NCBI RefSeq assembly: GCF_009914755.1
Contig: NC_060939.1
Reading direction: 5' to 3' (one strand)
Length of the DNA stretch: 64,000 nt
Source: the human T2T-CHM13v2.0 reference genome, Homo sapiens
Position 1 is the stretch's first letter. Each line of letters opens with the position of its first letter. The notes beneath the pieces were generated by a model. The model saw only the letters and a program-made list of their open reading frames with translations, ran no database searches and had not been told where the DNA came from. This document shows positions 28,880 through 42,734 of the stretch, in pieces. Position numbers and translations under genes: made by a program.

Positions 28880-29499
28880 TTATATGCAGCCTTATTCTTT
28901 AACAGTATAGCACAAACTGCTTCTGCAATACAACTTGATCAGAGTTGCGTGTGGCACACGTGTACCTATGTGCGCGTACAGGTATGTGTTCTGACTCCAG
29001 TAAGCTCTTCATCCTATGAGCCCAGATCTCACCCCAGAAACACTGTTGGGTTGACAAGAGACCCTCAAATGTATTAGTTAAGAGTGGATAACACACTCTT
29101 ATCTGAGGATGATATCAAACTCTGAGCAGATTATGTCTCTCCCCCTTTGTTTCAAGCTACGTATACTTTCTCCTGCTGTTCTTCCTTCTTTCTTTGGTGT
29201 TTTCATGTATTCAACAATGATTTACTATGCACTTTCTATGAGTCTAAAAATAGAGAAATCGCAGTGAACAAGGCAGATACCGTCCCTGCTTTCCAGCTAC
29301 TGAGAGTCTGTAGCTTTGGTTAGAAAAAGCTAGGGCATCCCTGAATGCCAGCAGACATTCACTGTCCCTCTGTGGGGGTCTATCAACAGATCAGCTGAGC
29401 TACGTGGCAAGCAGCAAATGCTGGGGTCCAGTATCTTGGAAGGCACTTAAGAGATATGAAGAAAACCATAACTTACTAAGTTGGTTAAGCAGTGTCCCT

Positions 29500-29751
<252 letters not shown>

Positions 29752-31171
29752 TCACTGGCTTTTACTAAGACCTTAATAAGGAAAAGGAAACTGGAAAGAA
29801 ACTGGAATCTTTGTTTTTTTAACCTCTGTTGTACTGGACCAGTTTTGAATTAGAAATTTAGATGTGAGCTAGCCTGTTTCTTTGTTGGGTGCTGTTTGAA
29901 CGTGTTCTGTAAGACAGGATGATTTCTATTCACTTATCTTTGTTCAGACAGATGACTCATAGCTTCCCTGAAATAAACTTGCCAAAAATTAGTCTCTTAT
30001 TAAAAAATGGAATAAAAATTAAATTTACTAAAAAGTAGTAACATGTCACAATATTTAGATAAATAAATTATAACGTTCATTCATTCATTTGTGGAGCTCT
30101 CATCAAAGCAGTTATGACAACAGTAAGTATGGTAAAAATAAAAATAATTTGCTTGATCCTGTTAAACTCTCGGCAAGGCCTATTTACAAAATGGGATACT
30201 AGTCATTTACAATTAAATGTCTGGAGTAACCATTAGAGGATAAATGGTACACCAGGAAATTATTTCCTAGAAATATGGTCCATACTTTCAGCTATTTAAA
30301 TCCTTAAAATCAAAATCAACCAATGAATCAATCAAAATAGAAAATATAAAACTAATTATTACAATAAGCATTAAGTGCTTCAACCTTTGCTCAAAATTAA
30401 AAAAAAATCTTTTATCAAAACTGAAATGAAAATTATCTGACTTGTTAATAATGAAACCCCTTCAGCCTCAGGAATGAACTATTATCAAGATCCTAAGCTT
30501 TCTGAAAAAGTAACATAATAACTGGACTAGAAAAGAAAACTCTTGGACTGTTGAACTTCTTTACTTTGTTCCAGCAGAAACAATGTAAAGCAAAAGATCC
30601 TTATTTGGTCACGCATGGCAACAGTAGAAGTAATGTATAAATCATGCGTATTTTCATGGTAACAATAATGGCTCATGGCTTCCATAATCGGCAACCGCCA
30701 CAGTGACCGTTCTCACATATTGGAGCAATTCTGCCATTGCATTCCTTACAAGTCAGGAATGATCTATTCTTAGTGTGATAAATCAGACACTCAAATGCAT
30801 GCCATGCTAATACTATGTAAAGTAAATATAAAACATGGAGCTAATTAGTGCATAAAATACCACTGAACTCTTCTATAGTTCCAATTGTGGAAATAATTAG
30901 TATGCAATAATTATTACTACCATAGGGCACTTTCTGTATATGTAACGAATTTGTCTTGGTTCAAACTCAGTAACAATTTTAAGAATGTAATTCACAATAA
31001 ATACATGTTATATCATGATCTAATACAAATACCCCTACAAATATATATGTATATGTATGAACATATACATATATATATATACACATGTATATAACTGAAA
31101 CCACATTTTCATAAAATAATACTTATCTATGCTATCTGTTTGTGATAAACTCTGTTGCCTATTCAGGTCAA

Positions 31172-31470
31172 ATTTTTTTGTTTGTTTGTTTTTGAGATGG
31201 AGTCTTGCTCTGTCACCCAGGCCGGAGTGCAGTAGTAGGATCTCAGCTCACTGCAACCTCCACCTCCTGGGCTAAAGTGATTCTCCTGCCTCAGCCTCCT
31301 GAGTAGCTGGGATTATAGGTGCCCACCACCACACCTGGCTAGTTTGTATTTTTAGTACAGGCAGGGTTTCACTATGTTGGCTAGGCTGGTCTCGAACTCC
31401 TGACTTCAGGTGATCCACCTGCCTCAGCCTCCCAAAGTGCTAGGATTACATGCATGAGCCACCACACCTG
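31172..31470 (-). mobile_element. AluS SINE
   Basis: Antisense Alu; TSD tattcaggtc. Confidence 0.9.
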
Positions 31471-31724
31471 TCATATTCAGGTCTAATTGAGACTGTTTAT
31501 TTTGAAAACTGTTGGTGTGGACCCTGGCACTGGTTCTCTGTTGGTTAATGCATGACGATGCACACTTACGCTGCCCAAACCAACCTAACTGGACTGCTTT
31601 ACCATCTCTACACTCCACATACTACTTAGATTTTGTTCTCATTTCAGGTGATTTAAAAACATTTTCTAATGAGAGTTTTGAAATTGAGGGTAAGCTCAAA
31701 TATCAGAGTGATTCAGTCCTCTGA

Positions 31725-32092
<368 letters not shown>

Positions 32093-32612
32093 TGTGGGTG
32101 GGTGCCTTTCTTACCTTTGAGGTCCTAGCATGTATAATTCTGGACCCCTGATACATGTTTTGAATTTGAGAATAAGTAAAAGGGTATCTTTAGTGTTCGT
32201 TTAGTCATGATACAGGGCTAATAACTTCTATCTGGGAAAAACAAAGCACACCGCAGGAGGCTTTGTAGCCGGGGGGAAAGGGGGTGGTGGCAGTGGAATC
32301 ACGTCCAGGCCTCCAGCACATTTCAGTGCTCCCCACTGAATCCCCCACCTCGGCACCCAGCAGGAACCTGGGCCAGATCCCTGTTTACCTGGGTGGGGTT
32401 AGCGTCCAGAGGAGGGGGGCCCAACCCAGCAACCCTCTTCTCAATTTGCAACGTAGAAACCCACGAAAGTAATTACAAACTTGTTAACCGCTGGGCACTG
32501 TAGCCCTGGAGCGCTCCTAACGGACTTTGCAAGGCCCAGTACACGGGGGCTGCCGCGAGCGGGGAGCGCGACTGGGCCCCAGGACACCATCTGTGCGAGC
32601 ACGGGGACTCTG

Positions 32613-32955
32613 GGCCTTGGCCTGCGCGGGGACACGGGCCCTCTCTCGGCCTTGACCTCCGCGGGGACACGGGCCCTCTCTCGGCCTTGACCTCCGCGGG
32701 GACACGGGCCCTCTCTCGGCCTTGACCTGCGCGGGGTCACGGGCCCTCTCTCGGCCTTGACCTCCGCGGGGACACGGGCCCTCTCTCGGCCTTGACCTGC
32801 GCGGGGTCACGGGCCCTCTCTCGGCCTTGACCTGCGCGGGGTCACGGGCCCTCTCTCGGCCTTGACCTGCGCGGGGACACGGGCCCTCTCTCGGCCTAGG
32901 TCTGCGCGGGGACACGGGCCCTCTCTCGGCCTCGACCTGGGCCTGCGCGGGGACG
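32613..32955. repeat. 35-bp GC-rich VNTR, ~9.5 copies
   Basis: Unit ctctctcggccttgacct(c/g)cgcgggg(a/t)cacgggcc, period 35. Confidence 0.95.
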
Positions 32956-33086
32956 AGGACCCTCGGCCGGGGTCTGGGCGGCACCTGCGGGGGGCGCGGT
33001 CGGGCAGCCCCACACACCGCGGTGAGCAGGGCCCGATGCCCTCTTCCCTCCACCTGCCGTCCCCGCACCCGCCCCGGGCCCCGCAC

Positions 33087-33125
33087 CTGCCTCCTCCTCC
33101 GTCCTGGGCCGAGGCGGGTCCGCGA
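33087..33125 (-). other. CERS3: Probable short CERS3 first exon (5' boundary approximate)
   Basis: Donor GGAGGCAG|gtgcgg at 33085-33086 within the CpG island; the TSS cannot be determined from sequence. Confidence 0.55.
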
Positions 33126-33691
33126 GGCCGGGCGGGGGGTCCCCGCAGCGGTGCATCCCGGGACACTGCCCCTCCAGCCCGGGTCGAGGGATGCCCGGGT
33201 GCGGGCCGAGAGAGCGCCCAACGACCGCCGGCTCCCTCCCTGGGCGCCCTTTTCAGGTACTGCGCCTGGACCACACTCGTCCTACACCGGCCTCGCGAGA
33301 CACCATCACTCGTGACTGGGTGAGAGGGGCTAAGCGGCTCACCTGCGCTGCACAGCTGGTACCCGGGACTGCTGAGGTTTGCACCTGGGCCTTCCGTGAT
33401 TCCGAACCCAGCGCCTTACACAACCTCTTCAGAAGGTGAAAACACAAAGGGTCTACAGGCTGTTGATAGGAAGGGGAAGCCCTTCTGGAGTAAGTCCATA
33501 AGCACCCATGGATTATCTCAGCCAGCAAGCCCAGGTCTGCAGCCATTTCCCATTATGAGGCTGAATTAACAGACACGGAAAAATAGAAAATAGATAAGAT
33601 AAGGCAATGAAACCATCCCCAGCGAGAGAGAACAGGGAGCATTGTTTCTCTGAATATTTGATTAAAATACAAATCTAGGAAAACCATTTAC

Positions 33692-33770
33692 ATGCAGTGA
33701 GCTGTGCTGGCACCACTGCACTTCAGCATGGGTGACAGAGTGAGACCCTGTCTCCAAAAGACAAAACAAA
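33692..33770 (+). mobile_element. Strongly 5'-truncated Alu
   Basis: tgcagtgagctgtg...gagaccctgtctcc; TSD aaaac(c)atttaca. Confidence 0.8.
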
Positions 33771-33892
33771 ACATTTACAGAGGAGACAGTGTAGCAGAGT
33801 AGGGGAAAACAGGCATGATAGCCATACAGCCCTGGGTTTAAACTCCACTCATTCACTAACTTTGGGATGTGTGACTTCAGGCTTTTTAGTGC

Positions 33893-34511
33893 TTTTTTTT
33901 TCTATTTTATTTTATTTTATTTATTATTATTATTTTTTAAGATGGCGTCTCACACTGTCACCAGGCTGGGGTGCTGTGGCTCACTGCAACCTCTGCCTCC
34001 TGGGTTCAAGCGATTCTCCCCCCCAGCCTCCCGAATAGCTGGGACTATAGCCACGCGGCACCACGCCCAGCTAATTTTTGTATTTTTAGTAGAGACAGGA
34101 TTTCACCATGTTGGCCAAGATGGTCTCAACATCTTGACCTGGTGATCCACCTGCCTTGGCCTCACAAAGTGCTGGGATTACAGAAGTGAGCCACTGCGCC
34201 CAACCTCTTTTTTTGTTGTTGTTGTTTTTTTGGAGACAGAGTCTCACTCTCACCCAGGCTAGAGTGCAGTGGCACAATCACAGCTTACCGCAGCCTTAAC
34301 TTGCTGAGCTCAGGTGATCCTCTCGCCCCAGCCTCCTGAGTAACTAACGACAGGCGTGAACCACTATACCCGACTAATTTTTGTATTTTTTTGTAGAGAT
34401 GGGGTTTCACCATGTTGCCCAGGCTGATCTCCAACTCCTGGGCTCAAGCAATCTGCCCACCTTGGCCTCCCAAAGTGCTAGGATTACAGATGTGAGCCTC
34501 CACACCCAGCC
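33893..34511 (-). mobile_element. Two tandem antisense Alus (AluS-like 33893-34204; AluJ 34207-34511)
   Basis: Two consecutive T-tail plus Alu bodies. Confidence 0.9.
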
Positions 34512-34517
34512 TTGTTA

Positions 34518-34919
<402 letters not shown>

Positions 34920-35374
34920 TTATAAAAGACATCATATTGCCATTAACCAAAAGAATGGCAACCAAAAGACATACTCTGATATACAAAGTCTCAGAAAATA
35001 TATCTTTCTTCTTAGGAAATTGTTGGGATGCTTACATAACCCAGCCATTTTTCCTGGAAACATTACCAAAGAAAGGAACACAAATTAAGATTTTTTCATT
35101 AGACACATCATGAAATAGAGTAGAGACTAAATAATAAATATAATGGTGATAACAAGATGTAGTGTAAAAGTCAAGAATAAAATTTAAGGAGAAGATGTAT
35201 AGTGTAAAAAATCATTGGGAATAGCAATTTGGTTTATAAATTCAAGTGAAATTAACAATGGCCAGAAAGCTGGAGGGGGCAGGAAGCCCATTACATGCAT
35301 AATTTACTTCAGTCTTGGCTTTGATGACTAAAAAAAGGAATTTTCAAGCATATTTTTTGAAAAGAGGAGAAAAG

Positions 35375-35985
<611 letters not shown>

Positions 35986-38278
35986 AAAGGCAATGATTTA
36001 AAGCAGATATATTTTCCAAATAACTATAAGAGAGAAATACAAATCACTAACAATCCATATGCAACCCAAAAGAAAACAAAGGAAACACTACAATAAAATG
36101 ACAAATATGTAATTTATGACAAGAAAAATTATTTAAGAGGTTACACCTATGTATGTTTTACTTTAATAAAAAGGAAAAAGAGGCAAAAGCTTGTCACTTG
36201 TGTTTGTAGTATAAAATTCATTTATTATCTGCTACTTATAAATAATCAGACCAAAGAAATTACACCAAAAGGTTTAGACTAAAAGTCACATAATGTAGCG
36301 GTGGAACCTCAAAGCCTGGCCTTGGATTATCCCAGTGCACTTTCCTCTACATGCTACAGTTTTTTTTTTCTTAAAAGATACAAAGCTTTATTAAACAAAC
36401 CTGGAATCAACATTATTACATAAATTAGACAGCAGTAAAAATTTCCTAGGGCATATATACAAATCACAGTGATTTCCATGGTGCAACAAACAGACAAGAT
36501 TAAAAATAGGCACTCCCCTCCCCGACCCCCCATGAGAAGGCGAGATCACCCCACAGGGCTCCCAGTTCCAGCTCGCCAAGGGGTGCACAAACCTGCAAAG
36601 GCACTCTGCTTGTGTGCATGGCATCTGGCAGCAGTCACAGGGGCCCCAGAAGCACATTGACAACATGGTGAGGCTGCCCAGTGTTCAGCGCAAAAAAAGA
36701 ATTCAGCTACGACAGCTGAGCAGAGCTCAACAGCCATCTCAGAGCACAAGGACTGTGGAAAGGCTTCAATTCCCATCCGCTAAAACACACATGTAATGAC
36801 TTGTACATACAGAACAGATGTGTCCACCATGGAAGATCAAACTAAGCATCAACAGAACTTCCCAACACATGATAATTTACAGAGAACTGTGACAGGGCAT
36901 CCTCCTTTTATTAGCAAGGACTGTTCTGCTGGGTGTAAGGCCATAAAGTTTGCAAAGCAAACTTGATTATGAAAAGGCTTGGTGAGAACACGGCCCCCAC
37001 CTCCACCAAGACACACACACACACGCACACACCCCAAATAAATTATCCAAATGCATTAAGACACCTGTTCTTGTGCTTTTCTTCTTGCTTTTGTTAGGTG
37101 AATCCCGTCCGTTTAAGTTAGACTAATTAGAAGGCCTTCTTGCCTCCATCAGCAACAGAGAAAAACAGTGCATAAGACTCCTCCAATGTGTGTAAAATGC
37201 ATGCTAGGTAGGTTGAAGGAAAAACGAGAGGAACCCGGGCACCCCATTTCAAATCTCTACAACTGGAGAAATCAAAGGCTGCAAGGACTGTGTAGACCTG
37301 ATGCAAAGTTAACTGGCTGCAAAAATACAACCCAAGCCAGTGCTGTCTTGCACCCTGTTCACTCAGTAGCTGGAGCAATGAATGATTGTGACATTCTGGT
37401 GTGATATTTGTGCAGCCTGAGGTACACCCTGGCTACAGAGTTGAGCCTTGGGGTCTTTAACAGTATTAAGCCATGGTTTCACAGTTACAGTGGTCCAAAG
37501 AATTAGAGGCCATGTAGGTCAAACACAGAAATGGCGAACACATCCCAAACCACTCAACTGTTTAGTTCCACTGGTGATTTTTTTTAACGGGTAGTGATTT
37601 CAAATGATTTGGTGGGTGGTTTTTTGTTTTGTTTTGTTTTTTCTTTTTCTTCAGAGCAAACAAATGATTTGGTCTTTAAGTATGGAGAGAAAAAAACAAA
37701 ACGCTGAACGAGAAATTCACTAACAAGTGACTGTGCAGTTGTTTGAGGGCATGGAGAGGGAATGGGGTTGACAGCATTTTGAGGGGATGAAGTGCACGAT
37801 CTTACCTCACTGCTGGGGGGTTTCTGATTCTTATTCTATCATGCTGACAGCAAATATAATTTGCCCATCGCTGGCTATAGATATGTTTAGGCTAAGCAGG
37901 ATTTAGACTTCTGTTGGGAAGGAATTAGAAGAATTCAGTAGAGACAGTGTATACTATTCGGTTGTGACTTTATTTTCTTCCTGGTTTTATCAATGCCTAT
38001 GAAAGCAGGCTGGTGGCTTTTCCCTTGAGAAAAACAAGACTTGCCCCACTATACTTCCTATTGTGGCATATCCATTTCCTAAAGATATTATCTTATAGTG
38101 TTCCAATTTAAGAAAATACTTCCAACTCATAAAATTACATGAAACAAAGTACATTTGTAATTTTTTTCTGATACAAATTTTGTGATTATCGTGATGAATT
38201 TTCCTCCACATTTAGCACAGTGATTGTTTCACGTGATCATCTATGCGGAAATTTTGGAATGCCCACCCAGATAAACTA

Positions 38279-38575
38279 TTTTTATTTTTATTTTTTGAGA
38301 TGGAGTCTTGCCCTGTCACCCAGGCTAGAGTGCAGAGGCACAATCCTGGCTCATTGCAGCCTCCGCCTCCCGAGTCCAAGCGATTCTCCTGCCTCAGCCT
38401 CCTGAGCAGCTGGGGCCACAGGCACCCACCAGCATGCCTAATTTTTGTAGTTTTAGTAGAGATGGGGGTTTTGCCATTCTGGCCAGGCTGGTCTCGAACT
38501 CCCAACCGTGGGTGATCTGCCCACCTCGGCCTCCCAAAGTGCTGGGATCACAGGCGTGAGCCACCATGCCGGGCC
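38279..38575 (-). mobile_element. AluS within the PRKXP1 3'UTR copy
   Basis: Antisense Alu; TSD ag(a/g)taaactatttt. Confidence 0.9.
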
Positions 38576-38884
38576 AGGTAAACTATTTTAAAATTATACA
38601 TAGTGATTGTTCTATGTTTATAGCTCATTTTGATTAAATTAACCTCTACAGGACATTGGGCCATTTAAACTATGACCCCGCCATGGGGCAGTTACCAGGT
38701 AGCCTGTCTCACTTCAAATGTTGAAATGTGCATGATGGTCAAAAGTGGGTTTCACACCATCACACGTTTTTGGAAGTGCTTCTAATTTCTCATTTGTTCT
38801 GTATGGCTAGAGGCTGATTACAATGTCCGTAAAGAACAAGGTCATCAATGTGCTTTGCATATTTCATTTTCATGCATATCTGTT

Positions 38885-39950
38885 TGTTGCGGGAAGTCAG
38901 GGACCCCAAACGGAGGGACCGGCTGAAGCCATGGCAGAAGAACGTGGATTGTGAAGATTTCATGGACGTTTATTAGTTCCCCAAATTAATACTTTTGTAA
39001 TTTCTTATGCCTGTCTTTACTGCAATCTCTAAACATAAATTGTAAAGATTTCATGGACACTTATCACTTCCCCAATCAATACTCTTGTGATTTCCTATGC
39101 CTGTCTTTAATCTCTTAATCCTGTCAGCTGACGAAGATGTATGTCACCTCAGGACCCTGTAATAATTGCATTAACTGCACAAATTGTACAGCATGTGTGT
39201 TTGAGCAGTATGAAATCTGGGTACCTTGAAAAAAGAACAGGATAACAGCAATTGTTCAGGGAATAAGAGAGATAGCCTTAAACTCTGACTGCCGGTGAGC
39301 CAGGAGGAACAGAGCCATATTTCTCTTCTTTCAAAAGCAAATGGGAGAAATATTGCTGAATTATTTTTCTCAGCAAGGAACATCCCTGAGAAAGAGAATG
39401 TGCGCCTGGGGGTGGGTCTCTGAACTGGCCCCCCTGGGCGTGGTCATCTCTTATGGTCAAGACTGCAGGGGTGAAATAGACCTCAGTCTCCCATAGCGCT
39501 CCCAGGCTTATTAGGAAGAGGAAATTCCCGCCTAATAAATTTTGGTCAGACCGGTTGATCTCAAAAACCCTGTCTCCTGATAAGATGTTATCAATGACAA
39601 TGGTGCCCGAAACTTCATTAGCAATTTTAATTTCGCCTCGGTCCTGTGGTCCTGTGATCTCACCCTGCCTCCACTTGCCTTGTGATATTCTATTACCTTC
39701 TGAAGTACTTGATGTCTGTGACCCACACCTATTTGCACACTCCCTCCCCTTTTGAAAATCCCTAATAAAAACTTGCTGGTTTTTGTGGCTTGTGGGGCAT
39801 CACGGAACCTACCGACATGTGATGTCTCCCCCGGACGCTCAGCTTTAAAATTTCTCTCTTTTGTACTCTGTCCCTTTATTTCTCAAGCTGGCCGATGCTT
39901 AAGGAAAACAGAAAAGAACCTACGTGAATATCGGGGCAGGTTCCCCAGTA
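38885..39950 (+). mobile_element. MER11 (HERV-K11/HML-8) solo LTR
   Basis: Begins tgttgcgggaagtcagggacccc, ends ggggcaggttccccagta; perfect 6-bp TSD tctgtt at 38879-38884 and 39951-39956; AATAAA near 39764. Confidence 0.9.
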
Positions 39951-40254
39951 TCTGTTCACAATTAAGGCAAGGCATTTCAGGCTTTTCCTGATGCTAATTT
40001 TCATCTCAGTATGAAATCCTGGATTACAAAACAGGCAACCTAAAAATAGGCATTTTTTAGTACATGGACTTATGGGTCTATGTACTTTTTAAAGTGTGCT
40101 CAAGAATAGTGTTTCATTTATGGTTTTATTAATAATTTTTAAAGCAGAATTTTCAACAATATTATTACTATGATTTATTTTTATAGTCAGCAAACACGAG
40201 ACTTCATGCTCTTCCTTCTAGCTGCACATCTCGGTGCACAGTGTAACCTTTTTT

Positions 40255-40364
40255 AAAAAAAAATATGGAATGCGGCATGAATCTGGATCTTCCTTGCACA
40301 GGGGGCCATGCTAATCTCCTCTGTGTCATTCTAATTTTAGTATACCTGCCGCTGAAGTCAGCAC
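40255..40364 (-). pseudogene. U6 snRNA retropseudogene (diverged), nested in the PRKXP1 3'UTR
   Basis: Reverse complement aligns to full U6 (gtgct...actaaaatt...gattagcatggcccc...ttccatatttt); degenerate TSD cagtgtaaccttt / cagtttcaccttt. Confidence 0.9.
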
Positions 40365-40679
40365 CAGTTTCACCTTTTCACATTCACGGTAAAAATTATG
40401 GGAAACTGCATGTGAAATGTTTAGAAAATGATGGCCCTCAACTGTTAATCCCAACAGGATGGTGACTGAGACACACAGGCTGAAAATACAGCTGTCTAAA
40501 ACATTTCCACATTTCATCATCTGAACATCATTTTCCACTAAGTTATTAATTGTAAAGACTTTATTCTACTGAACCTACTAATTATTCTCACCTGCTGAGT
40601 TGACCACCACGTGAAGAAAAGGTCATTAATGAAAAAGGGTGGCTATGTTCTGTTTCTGCAGTTTCACTGTGTTTTAACA

Positions 40680-41193
40680 TTTTTTTCCTTTTATAGAGAT
40701 GGGGTCTTGCTATGCTGCCCAGGCTGGTCTCAAACTCCTAGGCTCAAGCAATCCTCCTGCCTTGGCTTCCCCAAATCCTAGGATTACAGGAGTGAGCCAC
40801 TGCACCCAGCTTCATGGTCTTTTAAAGCCTTAAGGTGGATGTGTCTTCATTCCACCTTTCATTCCACCTTCAAAAGCACAAAGCCATTGCCTTTTTTTTT
40901 TTTTTTATTTAGACAGGGTCTCACTCTGTCACCCAGGCTGGAGTGCAGTGGTGTGATCTCGGATCACTGCGGCCTGGACCTCCCCGGGCTCAAGTGATCC
41001 TCTCATTTCAGCCTCCCGAGTAGCTGAGACTATAGGCAAGCGCCACCATGCCCGGCTAATTTTTTTGTATTTTGTAGAGAGATGACATCTCACCATGTTT
41101 CCCAGACTGGTCTCCAACTCCTGGGCTCAAGCAATCCACCCACCTCAGCCTCCTGAAGTGCTGGGACTACAGGAACAAGCCACTGCGCCCAGC
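40680..41193 (-). mobile_element. FLAM/Alu monomer (40680-40810) and AluJ (40892-41193) in the PRKXP1 3'UTR
   Basis: Antisense Alu bodies. Confidence 0.85.
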
Positions 41194-41575
41194 TTAGTTG
41201 AAATTTTTGAATGTGACACAGGTTTTTTAAATACAGTATATTCCTCCAACAACTTCAATGTCATTGTAGATTCTTGGAATAAATTCACTCCCATATCTTC
41301 TTCTCTTTGTTTCTTCTTTTAAAGTCTCAAGTTACCAGGTAGGAAGCACTAAAGATACTGAAGATGGACCTCCCCATGATGTTTTCTTCACCCAAACTAA
41401 AAAATGCATGTGAGATGATTTTTTTAAATCCATGCAACAGACCCTTCAGATGTTGTCCCCAAGAGAAGAGATTTTTGAAAAAACAAATTGAAAAATAAAA
41501 ATTATAGGCTCTGTGAAGTATGAACATTTACATCATTGCACAATTTCTGTGGATCTGCCATAATGACTTCTATAT

Positions 41576-41620
41576 ATACACACAGGCGCGCGCATGCACA
41601 CACACACACACACACACACA
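41576..41620. repeat. (CA)n/(CG)n microsatellite
   Basis: tacacacaggcgcgcgcatgcacacacacacacacacacaca. Confidence 0.9.
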
Positions 41621-42304
41621 ATTTGTGGTTATAATTGAACAAGTCCAGTTCAAACTTATAAACTTAAGTCTATGAGAAAAACCAAGACATCACAGTAGGA
41701 ACACAACACTAAAGGATAAGATAAAATCTACAAGCAAACAATTTTCAAAACCTTCCTACAGTGTGGAATTCCAGTTGCTTAAATAATGCCAGTTACATTA
41801 ATTTCAACTGTGCTCTGATCTGTTTCTATACATACAGGCACAAAGACAGAAAAGTGGAAATGTCCTTATCACGTGAAGAAGACATTGCTACTGGTCTGCT
41901 CAGGAGCAGCTCTTTGTTGCAGGCAGATTCCAGCCTTCCTGCTTCTTCCAGATGTGAGCTCCTGTCCTCAGAAATTCTTGAAGATTTCTAAACCCTTCTG
42001 TGGCACGGTCGCGGCTGTGTCCCAGTCATTCTCGGGGTAAGTTCCGAAGTTGGAGGTGTCGCCTTCGCGGGCTATCTTGGGCACGATGGGAGGCTTCAGT
42101 TTTCTCTGAGGAACAGCTTCCCAGTCCACAGAGCGGAACCACCGATGGCGTTTCACATCATTCGCCCCGTTCTTCATATTTCCTAACCGCCTTGTTCTGT
42201 CAACCACGAGCAGTTTCTTAATGAGATCTTTCACATGGAAATCCAAATGTCTGGGGAAATCTATCTTGTCTGCAAGAATTTTCTGATAAATGCCAAACAT
42301 GTTG

Positions 42305-42306
<2 letters not shown>

Positions 42307-42346
<40 letters not shown>
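42307..42346. repeat. (GT)20 microsatellite inside the PRKXP1 kinase coding remnant
   Basis: Lies between the PPF codons and the DN codons on the minus strand. Confidence 0.97.
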
Positions 42347-42349
<3 letters not shown>

Positions 42350-42734
42350 TGGAGGAAACCCTGAGAGCATCTCGAATATCAGGATGCTAAGGGCCCACCA
42401 GTCCATAGCCCTTCCGTGACCCTCGCTCTGAATGACTTCGGGGGCCAGGTACTCGGGTATTCCGCAGAGGGTCCAAGTCCTGTCTACCAGCTTCTTGGCG
42501 AACCCAAAGTCCGTGAGCTTGATGTGTCCGTCCCTATCCAGCAGGATGTTCTCCGGCTTCAAGTCCCTGTAGATGATCTCCTTGGAGTGCAGGATGGCAC
42601 AGATGATCTCTGCAGAGTAGAAGAGCCCCCGGTTGCGCAGGTAGCTGAAGAGCTCACAGCCCGGAACATACTCCATGAGCCTGCAGAGGAAGCGCTAGTC
42701 ATGCCCCATCCAGCACAGCCTGATGAGAAACGGG

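Larger units (their letters stand above)
32480..33420 (-). promoter_or_regulatory. CERS3: CpG island, distal CERS3 promoter
   Basis: Very high GC and CpG density, GC boxes (cccgcccc), minus-strand splice donors at 33085-33086 and 33341-33342. Confidence 0.85.

Noticed and set aside
32441-33439. Several Arg/Pro/Gly-rich ORFs
   Set aside because: Stop-codon scarcity in a CpG island and VNTR.
38947-39120. Internal ~85-bp tandem duplication in the LTR
   Set aside because: As I recall, part of normal MER11 structure rather than locus-specific.
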